DNA of 64,000 nt from Hamiltosporidium tvaerminnensis FI-OER-3-3 (taxonomy: Eukaryota > Fungi > Microsporidia). Location of the stretch: assembly GCA_022605425.2 (NCBI GenBank), contig CM061248.1:868001-932000 (forward strand). Reading direction: 5' to 3'. This document shows positions 12,629 to 25,529 of the stretch, one piece after another. Under the pieces are notes generated by a model. That model was not told the origin of the DNA. It made no database searches and saw nothing but the letters and a program-made list of their open reading frames with translations. Position numbers and translations under genes: made by a program. Within the stretch, counting starts at the first letter, position 1, and the number at the start of each line of letters is the position of its first letter.

Positions 12629-13447
12629 ATGTGGGGTATTATGATGACAAATATTATATGTACTGGACTAGGATCGTTGTTTATTTATATGAATAGAGAA
12701 TATCATGGTAGTTTAAAACATATTGAGAGAGATATAAATATGTGGAGTGAAAATAAACAATTTGGAATGTTTTTTTTATATTTGATTGTTTTTATTGGTT
12801 ATTTTACAACTGTAATTATAGAATTAATACGAGATATTACTCTATATAGAGGATATAGAGAGAGGAGAGGGGGTAGAGAATGTATCAGGTCTAGAGAGAG
12901 TAGAAGTGGTAAATATAGTTGGTTGGTACAATGGAAATTCTTTAGAATTATAAATTTTATGGTTGTACCAGTGTTTGTGTCAGAACTTTTTTATTATTTT
13001 AGACAGAATGGTATTTCTATAGCAAATAATACTTTTGGTGGTTTTTCAGGTAAAAATATGAAGTATCCTGATTTAATAATTATTTATGATATTATAGGTA
13101 TCTTAATAATCCAATACACTTACTTAGTTGGTAAAAATATTTTTATTTTAAAAAATTATTTAAAATCAAGAAATTCTAGAAATATTCGTAATTATAATAA
13201 TCAGAATTCAAGAGATAATAAGAAATGTAAAAAAACGTATGTTTTTATGAGTATTATATATTTTATTGGTGTAACAATCCATTTAATTATATTTATGTTG
13301 GGATTTTTAAAGGTAGTTGTTGTGTTTTCGGTTGAATTTAATACTTTTTGTCTTTTTTGTTTAACTACTGTTCTTTACTGCATAGTATTTCTATTTATTG
13401 AGAAATATACTGTTGATAGTAAAATATATAATGAAATTAACGTATGA
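12629..13447 (+). CDS. Hypothetical multi-pass membrane protein (272 aa, about 6 hydrophobic segments)
   Basis: Intact ATG-initiated ORF; hydrophobic stretches alternate with basic loops; no family recognised. Confidence 0.75.
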   Translation: MWGIMMTNIICTGLGSLFIYMNREYHGSLKHIERDINMWSENKQFGMFFLYLIVFIGYFTTVIIELIRDITLYRGYRERRGGRECIRSRESRSGKYSWLVQWKFFRIINFMVVPVFVSELFYYFRQNGISIANNTFGGFSGKNMKYPDLIIIYDIIGILIIQYTYLVGKNIFILKNYLKSRNSRNIRNYNNQNSRDNKKCKKTYVFMSIIYFIGVTIHLIIFMLGFLKVVVVFSVEFNTFCLFCLTTVLYCIVFLFIEKYTVDSKIYNEINV

Positions 13448-13596
13448 AGCGAAATAAAAAAAGTATTTTTATAATTATTTTATATTTGTTAATTCGAAGA
13501 GTAAATATATGAATGAATTTGAAAGGTATTTTAAATACTTATTTTATAATTATTGTATTTCTTTAATTTAATATTGTAAATCTACAAATGAATTTA

Positions 13597-13750
13597 AAAA
13601 GTATTTTTTATAATTATTCCATGAATATTCATAGTTCTTAATCGAGTTACTTAAATCCATAGTAATATCGTATTCTGTAAATTAATTGGAAAAGTATTTT
13701 TTATAATTATTCAATGAATATTCATAGTTCTTAATCGAGTTACTTAAATC
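13597..13750. repeat. ~60-bp direct duplication downstream of the membrane-protein gene
   Basis: atgaatattcatagttcttaatcgagttacttaaatc occurs twice (~13621 and ~13714). Confidence 0.85.
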
Positions 13751-14164
13751 TATAAACAAACTAAAAATCTATTTTATGATTATTTTTATATAAATAATTA
13801 ATTTATCTTAAAAAATATTCCTTAATACTATATCATTTATTACATTTAGTTTCTAATATATATCTTTAGTAAAACTTTTATATTCTAATTATATATTTTT
13901 TTACATTTCAAAATTAAATTTTTTTTTCAATGTGTAATAATTATCACTCTAATTACTTTATATGAAATTTATTTAAGAGTTTAAAATATATTTAAATTAA
14001 ATAATTTTATTAAAAGGTTGTTTTTACTTCCTTATTTTAATTTAATTAATATAAAGTTTACTAAGCTTTGTAAATATTTATTTAAATGACTTATAATTCA
14101 TAAATATAATTCTTTATAAAATAAAATCTATTAAAAATCCGATTTTCTAATATGTACAATTTAT

Positions 14165-14896
14165 CTTCATTTAAAAGTATCACATCTTTTTAAAATAGTG
14201 GGCAGTGTTATATTTGTTTTTATGACATTAACGCAGTTCTAGGTTTAACATAAATGACTGCTACCCCAACACTCTATCGGTAACCCCTGCGATACCTACG
14301 TCTCAAAGCCTTTCATCTACCAGGTGTATAGAGCCTAATTAATAGGCGAGGCAGTTGCCCGGAGTTCGTTAATGTCCGTTGCATGGAGTGTGATCGAAGA
14401 CCGAAGCCCCCCCCTGGGCTCCCCCAAGACTATGCAGCATTCCCACTTACTCTACACTTTCCGAACCCAATAAACTTCTGGCTAAGATATATTTCCGAGA
14501 TTTACATGGGGTCCACCTAGACAGTGCAATGTCATACCAACAGGTATAACCTGCTACTTAGCTCTCCCGGCTTTCAATGGGTTTTTGTTTTGTACCTCCC
14601 AGGCGCTAAGTCTTCTAACCCGAGTGAGCAAGGCTCGATTTCCATGCTTTTACATGGCAATTAACTACATTTTCAGCTGCGGTCTGCAATCTGGTTACAT
14701 AAAAAACTACAAAAAAAATTGTAGAAAAAGTTTCGCCATTTCTTAGACCTCGCCTCTTCATAACAACTCTCATGGAACAACCGAAGATGTAGTGTGGTTG
14801 AATTCCCAACAAAAATCCAAACAATGATTTTTACACCAGTTTCACACACTCATTGCCAAGCAGAAAGTTTTTTATGTGGTTATCCTTCCTTCACAC
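14165..14896 (-). mobile_element. ~730-bp non-coding interspersed repeat (SINE-like), copy 1
   Basis: Homologous to 6-7 other loci; perfect 10-bp flanking direct repeat TACAATTTAT (14155-14164 / 14897-14906). Strand is the inferred RNA sense (5' GTGTGAAGGAAGGATAACC ... GATGTGATACTTTTAAATGAAG 3'). Confidence 0.85.
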
Positions 14897-14940
14897 TACA
14901 ATTTATAATAATTATTAAATATTAATACTTAATAAAAAAA

Positions 14941-15670
14941 CTTTATTTTTAAATATCACATCTTTTTGAAAAACACTTGGAATGTGTTATATTTGTTTTC
15001 ATGACATTAACGCAGTTCTAGGTTTAACATAAATAACCACAACCCCACCACTCTATAAGTACCCTCTGCGATACCTATGTCCCAAGGCCTTTCACCTAGA
15101 AGGTGTATAGAGCCCAATTATTTAGCGAAACGGTTGCCAGAGTGTTCGTTAAAGTCCTTCGCATGGAGTTTGATCAAAGGCGGAAACCGCTTCTGGGCTC
15201 CTCAAGACTTTGCAGCATTTCTACTTACTCTACACTTTCTGAATTCAAAAAACTTCTAGCTAAGATATATTATAAAGACTTACATGGAATCCACCTAGAC
15301 AGTGCAATGCCATACCAACAGGTATAGCCTCTACTTAGCTCTCCTGGCTTTAAATGGTCGTTATTTTTATACCATCCAGGCGCTAAGTCTTCTACAAGGT
15401 GTGAGCAAGGCTAGGTTTCTATGCTTTTAATAAGCAATTATCTACATTTCAGCGGCAGTCTACAATCTAGTTACATAGAAAACTACAAAATAGATTTATA
15501 AAAAAAGCCGCGCAATTTCTTAAGCGATCTGCTCTGCTTCAAAACCTCATGAAAAAACTGAAAATGCATTTTGATTTTATTTTCACGAAAATTTAAACAA
15601 TGATTTCATACATCAATTTCACCTATTCATTCTTAATGAATAGTTTTTTATGTGGTTATCCTCCATCCAC
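14941..15670 (-). mobile_element. SINE-like repeat, copy 2 (tandem with copy 1)
   Basis: Same blocks: atgacattaacgcagttctaggtttaacataaat, ccacctagacagtgcaatg, tttttatgtggttatcc. TSD not clear. Confidence 0.85.
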
Positions 15671-16902
15671 CAATAAGATCCTATAATATTATATTTTTGC
15701 ATTATAAATTTTAAGATGCTGTGCATATTTGAACAACAAAATGTAACTTCATGACTTTAATTCAAAATTTTTTTTTTTATATTGCACTGTTTCACTACTC
15801 TTGTCAAGCATTTATACCATAATAACAGATAATTCAATATTTTTAAAGAAACAGAAATTTTGTAAAAACACAAATTAAAGGCACAGATACGTCGAAAAAC
15901 AAAAATTTATTCGAAATTATTTTATATTATAAATGTTTGTAATTTTTTTGACAGAGTCCATACATTTTAATAGTTGATTTTTTAGTTTTAGTAATTATAT
16001 AATATAGAGGGTGCAATATAAAATGAGGGATCGTTTTAAAACACGACATTTATTAAATATTTCTATGCCTCAAACTGCGGATAGTAGATTTTTAAGCTGA
16101 ATAATATCTTTCCTATTAATATTTCTTAAACTAGTCTGACTAAAAAAACAAAGAAATACAACTTGTGACGAATGGATTGGGTCATATGAAGCTGAAGTAT
16201 TGATATGATTCCTTCCTGTGGAAAACTTATAAGGTCATTAAGATAAGGTTTAAAGATACATTCTAAGAAGTACAGGACGCGGAAGAACATTGGAATTTCG
16301 AAGGCACCTAATACTAAAATCATAATATTTATGTAGGATTAAAGAAAGTAATTAGATAGTTTACTGGTACGTTTTAGCCGAAAAGAGCATACGTGAGTGA
16401 AATATGTGTATTTATGCCTGAAAAAAAATTATAAATAACTTTCGCTTAAATTTGCTAATAGAAATGTATGAAACAGCTAAAATGAGTAATATGCACTTTG
16501 AACTTAAATATAATATTTTGATCAAATGCATTTGTTCAAAATCTTAAAAGAGCCAAATATTTTAAAGAAAATAAATCCAATATGTAAATTTAACATATAA
16601 AAATTTAAATTACACCGGGATAGACGTGTCTATAGAAAATCGTAAAAATAATTTCCCAAAATAATCGTAAAACCACAATAAAAACCCTTAAATGCGATTC
16701 AAAAAATTATAAACCACAATACAAAAGATTTTTTTTTCGTAATTCAAATAAATTGCTAAACCCCCCCCATTTACATCCTAGGAACTCGATTTGGTTTTGG
16801 TATAAAAAACCGAATCATTTGTTTTGCTATTTTCAAAAAATTGCAAATTTTCATATGTAGTTTTAGAATTATTTAGTTAAAGTTCAAATGTAATTTAAAG
16901 AT

Positions 16903-19900
16903 TTATTTAATAAAATTCTGGGATTAAAATATTTTTACCATTTTTACATGTTTTCTTCTACCTCTTTAACCAATACTGTCTCTTCTTTTAAATCCGACTC
17001 TTTATTTATGTTATTAGTCGGTTCCTCTAAAGTGGTTCCTCCTTGTGAAATAAAGGGTGCTTTATTTTTCGGTATAAAATTTTATGCATAATCTTCCTCT
17101 CTCTTCTCTTCTTTTAAAGAGGTATTGGTTCCTCATGCATCTCTGATCTCATAATAACACCCATTGACGCTCTCTCCCAGCTCTCTTCGGCATTTAGTCC
17201 TGACTCAAGTCCTCTTCGTCGATCAAAGAAAATTATTTCGACCGTCTTCTTAAGTACTATAGACTGAATGTATGCCTCTACATTCATGGGTATTTCTAGT
17301 CTTTTAAGATGAGATTTATGGTATTTTGTCACAATACCGTCCCAGGTCATCACATAAGGGATTATCTCCACACTACACTTATAAATAAGACCCAACTCAT
17401 TGGCTAACAGGTCATACTTCCTAAGTTTTTCAGTTTCAACTATTTGAAGTGAATCTTGGGAAGTGATTCCTACTTCAATGAGTGTTATCTTATTCTTCTT
17501 CTTATCTAAAATAAATATTTCCGGTCTGTTATTCCGAATTTTAACATCAGTTTTAATTCTGGTGTCCACTCTTATCTCTGCATACTCATTATCAAGAATT
17601 TCTTAAACTGAGGGACTCCTTATTCGTTTTAAAGACTTATGCTTATATCTATTTAGAAGAAGTAGGTGTAGGCATCTAACCACTTCATTATGCCGTCTGG
17701 TGTAGTCATGGCCTAGCATTTTTTCACATCGAGTTGCTAGATGATCTACAGTCTTACCAGACTTCCCGCAATGTTGACACATACCATCTGTTCCCCAGAA
17801 TACATTTTTATCCTGAATATAGCAGAACACAGCTTCATTGCGTGGCTTAATATTTCCTCTCTTTAGCCATCTTGAAGAGTCACTAACACTCACAAGCTCA
17901 TTTTTTCTTGCATTATATAACTTTGAATGGAGTTTTCGTTTTTCTATTTCGTTATATAGTTTTGCAAGTTGAGCTTCTTCTAAACTTTTCTTAGTGACTT
18001 CTTCTACCAACCTGTACTTTACTTTTAAAAAGCCTTTTATTAGTGCAAGATGGGATTTATTATTATTCTCCATCTTGAGGATTGCTGCTCGTCTAGTTGA
18101 TATTTCCTTACTTTTTTCCAGACAATCCAAGAGTTGCAGAAGCATATGTTCACTTCGCAACTCAACACTATGTAGGCCTCTTCCAAGTTCTGTTCTAGGA
18201 AGATACAAACGCTCTTTACATCCTAGGCAGAGATGTATCTTATTCTTTACCAACACCGCACACACTGCATCATCTAACTTAGAGAAGTCAGCCGGTTCAA
18301 GTCGAAGTACTCCTATGTGGTAGTTGATTAACGATATCGCATGTTGATTAATTGCAGAAAATAAATTTTTTGCATTTAATATAGTGTGACAAAGTCTTTT
18401 AACTCTTGATATAAGTTTGTTCTGTACTTCTTCAAATGAGCTACGTGTCGGGATTCCTTTGTTATTTTCTATTATTCCTAAATATTTGTAAACACTAACA
18501 CCTTCTAGAAGAGTAGCAGTATCTTTACAACACGTATCATTTGTGGCTGACTTCTCTTTGTTAATCTCTAAGCCAATCCCCTCTAAAAATTTCTTTGCCT
18601 CGCCTGTCATAGCACTCAATGGTGAGCTGTCTTAGGCAAGGAGCTTAAGATCATCAATAAACAAGAGATGATTAGTAGAAAAGGATTCTGCATCTGTTTG
18701 TTACTGTCACTTTTGTGTATTTTTCATTCAGCTTTCGGCTTAATGGGTCCATACACAACACAAAAAAAAAGTAACAAACTTTCTGGTTGTAGAATCCCTC
18801 TATGAATCTTCTTGCTCATGATTTTTTCAGGCCCTACTGATATATCAATTTTCCATTTTGATATAATTACCTCAAATAATTTCAGGATCCAATCAGGTAA
18901 ATTAAGGTTTTAAATGCATTGAGTTAATTAAGCATGATCTATTGAATCATAAGCTTTTTTAACATCAATCCATGTTGCATTAAGATTGTTTCCGTACTCT
19001 TTATTTAGCGCAATATTCAGTAGAGCCTGCTCTTTCGCTCCCTGCACACCTCTTACCGCCTCTAATTGGTTCTCTGCAAGCAACCCTCCTTCCACTTCAA
19101 GTTGAACGACTTTCGTTACACACTTTGTCGTTAACTTGTAGAGGTTGGACATACAAGTGATTGGCCTATAGTCAGAGCCTCTTCGTGGAATCCCTTTCGG
19201 TATCAAATACGTAAGCCCGCAGTAAAACCAATCAGCTTGATGTGTTCCTTCTAAACATATAACTTTCACAATATCATAAATATATTTGTGAAGAGTTGTA
19301 AGTTTCTTAATGAAAAAATTGTAAATACCATCAATTCCAGCAGCTTTCCAATTGGGAAGCCAATTAATGATATTTACAAATTCATCAAGTGAAGGAAACA
19401 TGGTCGGATGATTATCTGATACAAATGGAATCAAATAATCATCATACGTGACTGTTTCATCATTTTTGTTTCACATTGTAGACCAAAAACTCACAATTTC
19501 ATCACGGCTAACTACATGCTCGGATTCCACACGCTCAGGATAACCCACGATAAAATCGATTTTGGATAAGCTCAAACATACGATTCTTTTTTTGGAATAT
19601 CTTCCTACTTTCATACATCGTAATTTTTTTTCTCGTAAACATTTAAAAACTCATTCTTCTTAACTAGAGCCTCAGAAAGATCAGTTACACACCTCAGGTT
19701 TAAATACAACACCCACATGATTTTCTTGAGGCATTCGTTTCTGCACTGGAGATTTTTTCTTGTTTACGAGCCTTCTCGAAGAGATCTTTGGAAAGTACTA
19801 ACCTAGAAACTTTACTTTTTATGTTTACTTTCGAGCAGATCTAGCCAGTTCTTTGCGTGTTGCCTCGTCATAGCCTACCTGGGCTGCCTGGATTTTCCGT

Positions 19901-20745
19901 GCCACTACAGTTATCGTCATCGGCACACAAGAATCAGCATAATCACCGATAATTCGATTAATAAGGTCTAAAACTTTACTGTCAACCAATTCACTTGGAA
20001 GCTTTCGAGTTCCGACCCCCACTTTTTCAATTTCCTTCTCGGTGATGTCTTTGATTTTACTCAAAAATTTATCTCTAAGGTTTATGTACTCCGTGGTGTC
20101 AGCCAGGGTGCATGGCTCAGCGATACAAGTGGCGATTCTACGTCGCTCTCTATTCTCTTCTGATTTTATTTCCTTCCTCATAGTAGTTTGTGCCAATATT
20201 TTAACACTTTGATAGTTTTAGTGCAGCCGAATTTCTCATTATAGTACCTGTGAAGCTCTGTCCAGCCATTTCTTGGCATTCTTTCAAACCTTATCTGTAC
20301 TGCAAAAAAAAAAAACAATTTGAGACCATTCCTTTGGTCGGCTGTTACGGAATCGAATATCGTCCGCAATATCATTAGCCTGTTACCTTGTGGAATAGCT
20401 AGAGTATAGGGGTTTGTCATGTCGTACGACGGCTCGCACCAGATACTTCAACCAAAGAGGGATGTGGAGTATTAGGCGAAAGTATGGTACCAAACCCACT
20501 ATTTTGCATGTTACTGCTTGTTTGGTTTGGTGGTGGATGTGTGGTTTTTGTGTATAAGGTGGAAGGTAGGTAATTCGCAGGTGGGTGTAGCTAACATTTT
20601 TGTATGCCACTCTCACTTTTATCGACCTCATCGGCTTCGTTTGCAGTCTTTATTTTATTATTTTTTAATGTTTCGCTGCTAACATTTTTTTTCTACCCAT
20701 AAAAAAAAATAAAATATAAAAAAATTATAAAATGAAAATTCCTTG
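16903..20745 (-). mobile_element. Near full-length non-LTR retrotransposon with RT, CCHC knuckle and restriction-like endonuclease (R4/Dong-like RLE clade); inactivated
   Basis: Single long ORF in fragments from ATG 20700: WKAAGIDG, TYLIPK..SDYRPITCMSNLYK, DVKKAYDSIDH, RGILQ, NHLLFIDDLKL (~18680-18645), YKYLG, RLYLPRTELGRG, CQHC..DHLATRC, RRHNEV, RPEI..IEV..EKLRKY. Frameshifts, an in-frame TAA at 17603, and altered motifs (QG->QP; PD->PE, whereas the 56.8-kb copy keeps NRPDI). 3' end cccagaattttatt..ataaat shared with the 56-kb copy. Possible degenerate TSD atttaaagat / atttatagaa (8/10). Confidence 0.92.
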
Positions 20746-20769
20746 ATTTATAGAAATACCAATTTTTAA

Positions 20770-22335
20770 TTATTTTTCATAATAAACTGGTTTGTTAATA
20801 AATTTTTCAAATAAAACTATAAAAATTACTATAAATATTGAAATAAAGGTAATTCCCAGTTTAAATATTCCATTAACAGCAAGAATTCCACTATTTAGTA
20901 AATAAAAAGACGGTCCAGAAAACAACATTACCAACGTATAAAATATAAGGAAAAAAGACAAAGGAAGTTCTTTACGTTGCATATCCTTATAATTACCTGT
21001 AACCAAGTCATATCCATTTTGAATATCTCCATCATAAAATCTTCCCAAAAAGTATCTTTTTATGGTAAAAATTAAATCAAATATTTTACCAACTTTTTTG
21101 TTATAAATAGCCCAGGATTTTAAAGAGGCTGTTCCTGCGTACTGATGAGATAAATAATTTCCATTTTCAAACCAAATTCTCTTAAAATCATTTTTAATTG
21201 CATTTTCTAAACTTTCATCCCATAATTTGTTTTCTTGATTTATTTTTTTCGAAATAATTTGTTGTATCTTATATTGGGCAACATTTGTTCGATCTAAACA
21301 GTCAATACAATTGGTTCGTATAATTCCCGACTGTTTTTTCCCAACTGAACTAAAATATCCACATTTTTCTACTTCTCTACTGATTATTTCTGTCAAATCT
21401 TCATTAAACAAACATCCTGCTTTAATAAAATCTGTCCAACAAAAATTACATTTTTTTTTTCTTAAAACTTTTGTAAATTCATCTCCTATTTTCTTTTCAT
21501 ATCCTTGTTTGTGAATAAGATTTAAATAATAAATATTTCCATAATATTCTGTAAATATTTGGTTTGATAATTTAAACACCTCCCAACTCCCTAAAACAGT
21601 ATATCTCGGTTTATATTTAATATCTACCACATGCTTCCATAATAAAGGAATGGATCCTCTTACTTGTGTAAATGAATAAACATTTTTATCTTTTATAAAT
21701 ATTTGTTCGGTTTCCACAAAATTAGAAGAAAATCCTTTTTTGTCACATCCACGACTAAAATACCGACTCCCTACTCTTTTCCAAGACCGCCTAGATATTA
21801 AAACAACGCTCAAATTGTTAAAATTAAAACTACCGAAATATCCTTGAATACACTTCAAAACAAACTCTTCACATCCTTCACCAACACCAATAAAATTATT
21901 CATTAAATTGTAATTAAATAAAAAGTTTTTACTTTCATTTCCATAATTATTTCCTACAAATAAATCATTTTCACAAAAAAATATTCCTGGTAAAGTAAAA
22001 AAGTTTTTTATCATTTTTATCTCAAATGAATCTGAAATATTTTCTTTAATATTTTTTAATTTAAAAATTAAAATACTTTTTATTTCATACACACATTTAC
22101 CGAAATACTCCCCTTTATTACTTACTTTGTCGATACATATGATATAAGATCCACCATTTAAATGTATTAAACCAAATATACCATATATTAGATAACAACC
22201 ATCATATTCGAATTCATTTGATTTTCCTTTTTTTATCGATTCATCTATACGTGAAATGGTTATTAAGTTATCTGTTACTGTATTTAAAAGTAAAATCTCA
22301 TTTTTATTTTCGTTTATAAATATTTTTGCTGTCAT
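20770..22335 (-). CDS. SAC1: Sac1 phosphoinositide phosphatase
   Basis: Intact 521 aa; ISRRS..RVGSRYFSRG, NFVETEQ, QVRGSIPLLW, catalytic CX5RT in RTNCIDCLDRTN, QYAGT, and two C-terminal TM helices. Confidence 0.96.
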   Translation of the reverse strand: MTAKIFINENKNEILLLNTVTDNLITISRIDESIKKGKSNEFEYDGCYLIYGIFGLIHLNGGSYIICIDKVSNKGEYFGKCVYEIKSILIFKLKNIKENISDSFEIKMIKNFFTLPGIFFCENDLFVGNNYGNESKNFLFNYNLMNNFIGVGEGCEEFVLKCIQGYFGSFNFNNLSVVLISRRSWKRVGSRYFSRGCDKKGFSSNFVETEQIFIKDKNVYSFTQVRGSIPLLWKHVVDIKYKPRYTVLGSWEVFKLSNQIFTEYYGNIYYLNLIHKQGYEKKIGDEFTKVLRKKKCNFCWTDFIKAGCLFNEDLTEIISREVEKCGYFSSVGKKQSGIIRTNCIDCLDRTNVAQYKIQQIISKKINQENKLWDESLENAIKNDFKRIWFENGNYLSHQYAGTASLKSWAIYNKKVGKIFDLIFTIKRYFLGRFYDGDIQNGYDLVTGNYKDMQRKELPLSFFLIFYTLVMLFSGPSFYLLNSGILAVNGIFKLGITFISIFIVIFIVLFEKFINKPVYYEK

Positions 22336-22352
22336 ATGGGTTAAAAAAAAAT
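22336..22352 (-). promoter_or_regulatory. CCC-type motif upstream of SAC1
   Basis: Minus strand ttttttttaaCCCatATG. Confidence 0.6.
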
Positions 22353-22744
22353 TATTTGTTTTATTTCTTAAAGGCCCTATTAGAAATTATTTTAAGTTAT
22401 TTAACTGTTGATTATAGACCATAATTTTTGATTTATTAGAAATTATGATATTTTATTTTATTAACCACTGTTTATAGACTATAAGTTTTTTTGATTTTTT
22501 TATGAAGTATTAGAATAATTTATTTAATCTGTTTATAGAATATAAATCTTTTATTTTTCCGATACCACCCTTTATAGACTATAATTTTATTTCTCGTAAA
22601 GTCTTTATAACATACAATGATTTAATTTTAGTTCTTTTTAATTTTATTCCCTGTTTTTCTTTAATAACCAATTTTATATTTTGAATTGTACATTTATTTC
22701 TAAATTGTTATTTTATCTTATTTTATTAAAGGAATAAAAAAATT

Positions 22745-23473
22745 TTATATTTAAAAATATCACATCATTTTAAAACAGTGCCATAAGTATTTTTGTTTTC
22801 ATGACTTCAACGCCGTTCTAGGTTTGACATAAATAATTGCTAATCCAACTTTATACATACTCCATACGATACCTATATCCCAATTACTTTTAGCTAAAAA
22901 CTATGTATAACTAAAAAATGTGTATAACCTAAAAAATGTGTATAATCTAAAAAATGGGGAGGTACTGCACCGGGGTTAATTAATATCTATATGTTTGTGA
23001 TCATAGTTGAAATCTAACCTGAGCTTATCCGGATTAAGCAATATTCTAACTACTCTACACTTACCGAACTTCATAAAGCTCTAGCTACGATATATCTCAA
23101 CGACTTACATGGGGTCGAACTAGACAGTACAATTTTACATCAACAGGTATAACCCGCTACTTAGTTTTTATGGCTTTTATTTTTATATCCCCCGGGCTCC
23201 AAGTCTTCTACCTCAGATAAGCGAGGCTAGGTTTCCAAGCTTTAAGATGGCAACTACCTACATGTGCAGCTGCAGTCTGCAATCTAGTTACATAAAAAAC
23301 TTCAAATAAATTTGTTGAAAAAGTTTCGCCATTCGTAGAAAAACTCTTCATATAAGCTCAAATAACAACCTAACGTGGTACAATCCACCCAAAAATTTAA
23401 ACAATTATTTTCATCCCGATTTCACATACTCAGTGCGATGCAGATAGTTTTTTATGTGGTTATCCTCTCTCCA
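22745..23473 (-). mobile_element. SINE-like repeat, copy 3 (contains an internal ~19-bp x3 expansion at 22903-22956)
   Basis: Shares tatcacatc, gttctaggttt, caacaggtataacc, gtttcgccatt and tttttatgtggttatcc. Confidence 0.85.
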
Positions 23474-24329
23474 GAATTTTTTAAATAATAAAATTTACAT
23501 GAAAACCTATAAAACGGGGTGCGTATGAGACTCTGGATATTTATTATTTTACTTATTAGAGTATCTTGGAATATTATCCATAATTTATAAAACTTAAAGT
23601 TAAAATATTAAATTGGTGTAGAGAAGGTATTATTTATATATCTTTAATAAATATAATAGTTTGTTTTAAAAATTTACAATTTTATGAATTTTTTTTACTA
23701 AAAATATTTTTAAAAAATGAAAATTCGAGAAATAAATTTCCGTATTTTATTGTTTGGAAATATAAATTTCATAAAGAATTACACTAACTTCAAAAAAACC
23801 ATAATTTGTCTTTAAATGTCATACTAAGTAATAATAATTATAAGGTAATATTAATCAAAATAAGGATAAATTATAAGAGAATTGAATCTTAATTTCTATA
23901 GAATTGAAGTTCTATATTATAGAGTATCCAAAGTGCTCTAAAATATAATTTAATATTCTATATTTTCTATTTTTTCATTTATTTTTTAAAGTTTTTTATA
24001 AATAATTTAATTGATCAGATTGGTAGTTCAATATTATAATATTTTTAATTTAAATCTTTTTTCTGGTATATAAGCGGTAAATTTTTTATTTTTAAACTAT
24101 AAATTGTTTATTTGAATATTTTCTATAAATAAAATCTTTTACATGTCGTTAAGTTTTTATATATTTCTAAGGTATTTTCAGTTTATATGCCTTTAATTTC
24201 TATTTGTATTATAAGACAGAAAATTTATATTGTTTTGAAATGAAATATATTCGGTTATAAAAATATAAATTCTTAACGGAAGGAAATCTTTAAACTACTT
24301 CTGGAATTATGTATCTCTTATATAGAATA

Positions 24330-24800
24330 AAATAAACTAGCATCATACAGCAAGCTCAAATAGGGGATTGTTTTACGATTTTTATCAGATATGCATCAAT
24401 CATATACAATATTACAATTAAAATACATTTTCGGAAGTCTTTGGGATAAATTGAATATGAAATATTCTTAAAGTTACAATGGAGCATATGTTTGCGTGGT
24501 TTAGAGAAGCTATAATTTGGAATTTAAATTTATTGTTAAAAACTTATTATTTTATGGACAGATGATTCTCTAGAGGTCTATATTTAGTCTATAGGCTATT
24601 TTATGAGATTAGATAGGGGATATCCAAATTAAGACCATCTGGTTGTAGCTTAGTTTGTAAAATACATGTGAAAATCATTGTTGATATTTTGGTGGGATTT
24701 AAACAAGATTGTATCTATAATCCAATCCCCTATAATCCCGAGTAGCAACAGATTAAAAGTAGGGACTGTAAATTTTCCAGTTGTTCATCCTAGACAGCGA
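24330..24800 (+). mobile_element. Possible highly decayed non-LTR RT relic
   Basis: NRG-like, FREA/KAY-like and VGFKQDCIYNPIPYN (cf. GLKQGCPLSPILFN) motifs in the correct order; weak. Confidence 0.3.
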
Positions 24801-25529
24801 ATGGTAAAAGAAGAATGAAATAAATATGTAAGACCATGAAACTATTCAATCAAATTTGTTGTGTACAATTATTATTGAGAATATAAATACATTTCACGGA
24901 AGATTGGTAGAATACATGAATTTTATCATACGATTTTTTAAGCAACTGGAAATTTCTAGTATGGAATCTTCACAAAGTTATTTATTTTTATTTTAAAATG
25001 TAAATTTATGAAAAATTAAAAAAAAAAAAACAAATTATCATGTTATTCTTAATAAATACAAAATCTGGAAACAATTTTAACAGAGTTTATCTAAAATATT
25101 TTTTTGAAACAATAGAATCGTTTTAATTTTTTTATGTTCAGTTCTACTCACTAACTATTGATTATGTAAGATAAGAAGAAATAGAAAGAAATATATCTCA
25201 ATTGAAGCACTTTTATTGATGTCTTTGGTCTTTAACTAGATAAAAATTTCGAGATGAGTCTTCGTAGTGTGAAGTAACTGAATTATACATAAAGAGATTT
25301 CCCATAACAGAATTTCTTATAATTAAATAAAAATTTAAAAAACATTGGTATTGATTTTTTAATGGTATTTTTAGATACGCTTACTCGAATAGAAAATTAT
25401 AAATTTATAAAGAAAATCCTAAAAAAAACTGAGGGAAGCTCTTTTAGATTTCATTCAATTTAACGTGTAATTTTTATTTTTCTTTTAAAATTATAGCTTA
25501 AAACTTCCTTATAACCATCGAATCAGTAG

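Noticed and set aside
14605-14630. CTAACCC in the repeat as a telomerase-RNA template
   Set aside because: Only 7 nt, absent from several copies, and on the strand opposite the inferred RNA sense.
14725-14770. Hammerhead-like TGAAGAG...CGAAAC in the repeat; also group I R/S-like and SRP-like snippets
   Set aside because: The CUGANGA core and required stems are not conserved among copies.
14165-14896. Repeat interpreted as solo LTR, MITE or Helitron
   Set aside because: No TG...CA ends with a 4-6 bp TSD and no TIRs; Helitrons make no TSD. A non-TIR MULE is not fully excluded.
23468-23490. ccagaatttt match between the copy-3 flank and the LINE 3' end
   Set aside because: Seen in one copy only, at the inferred 5' side; likely chance in AT-rich DNA.
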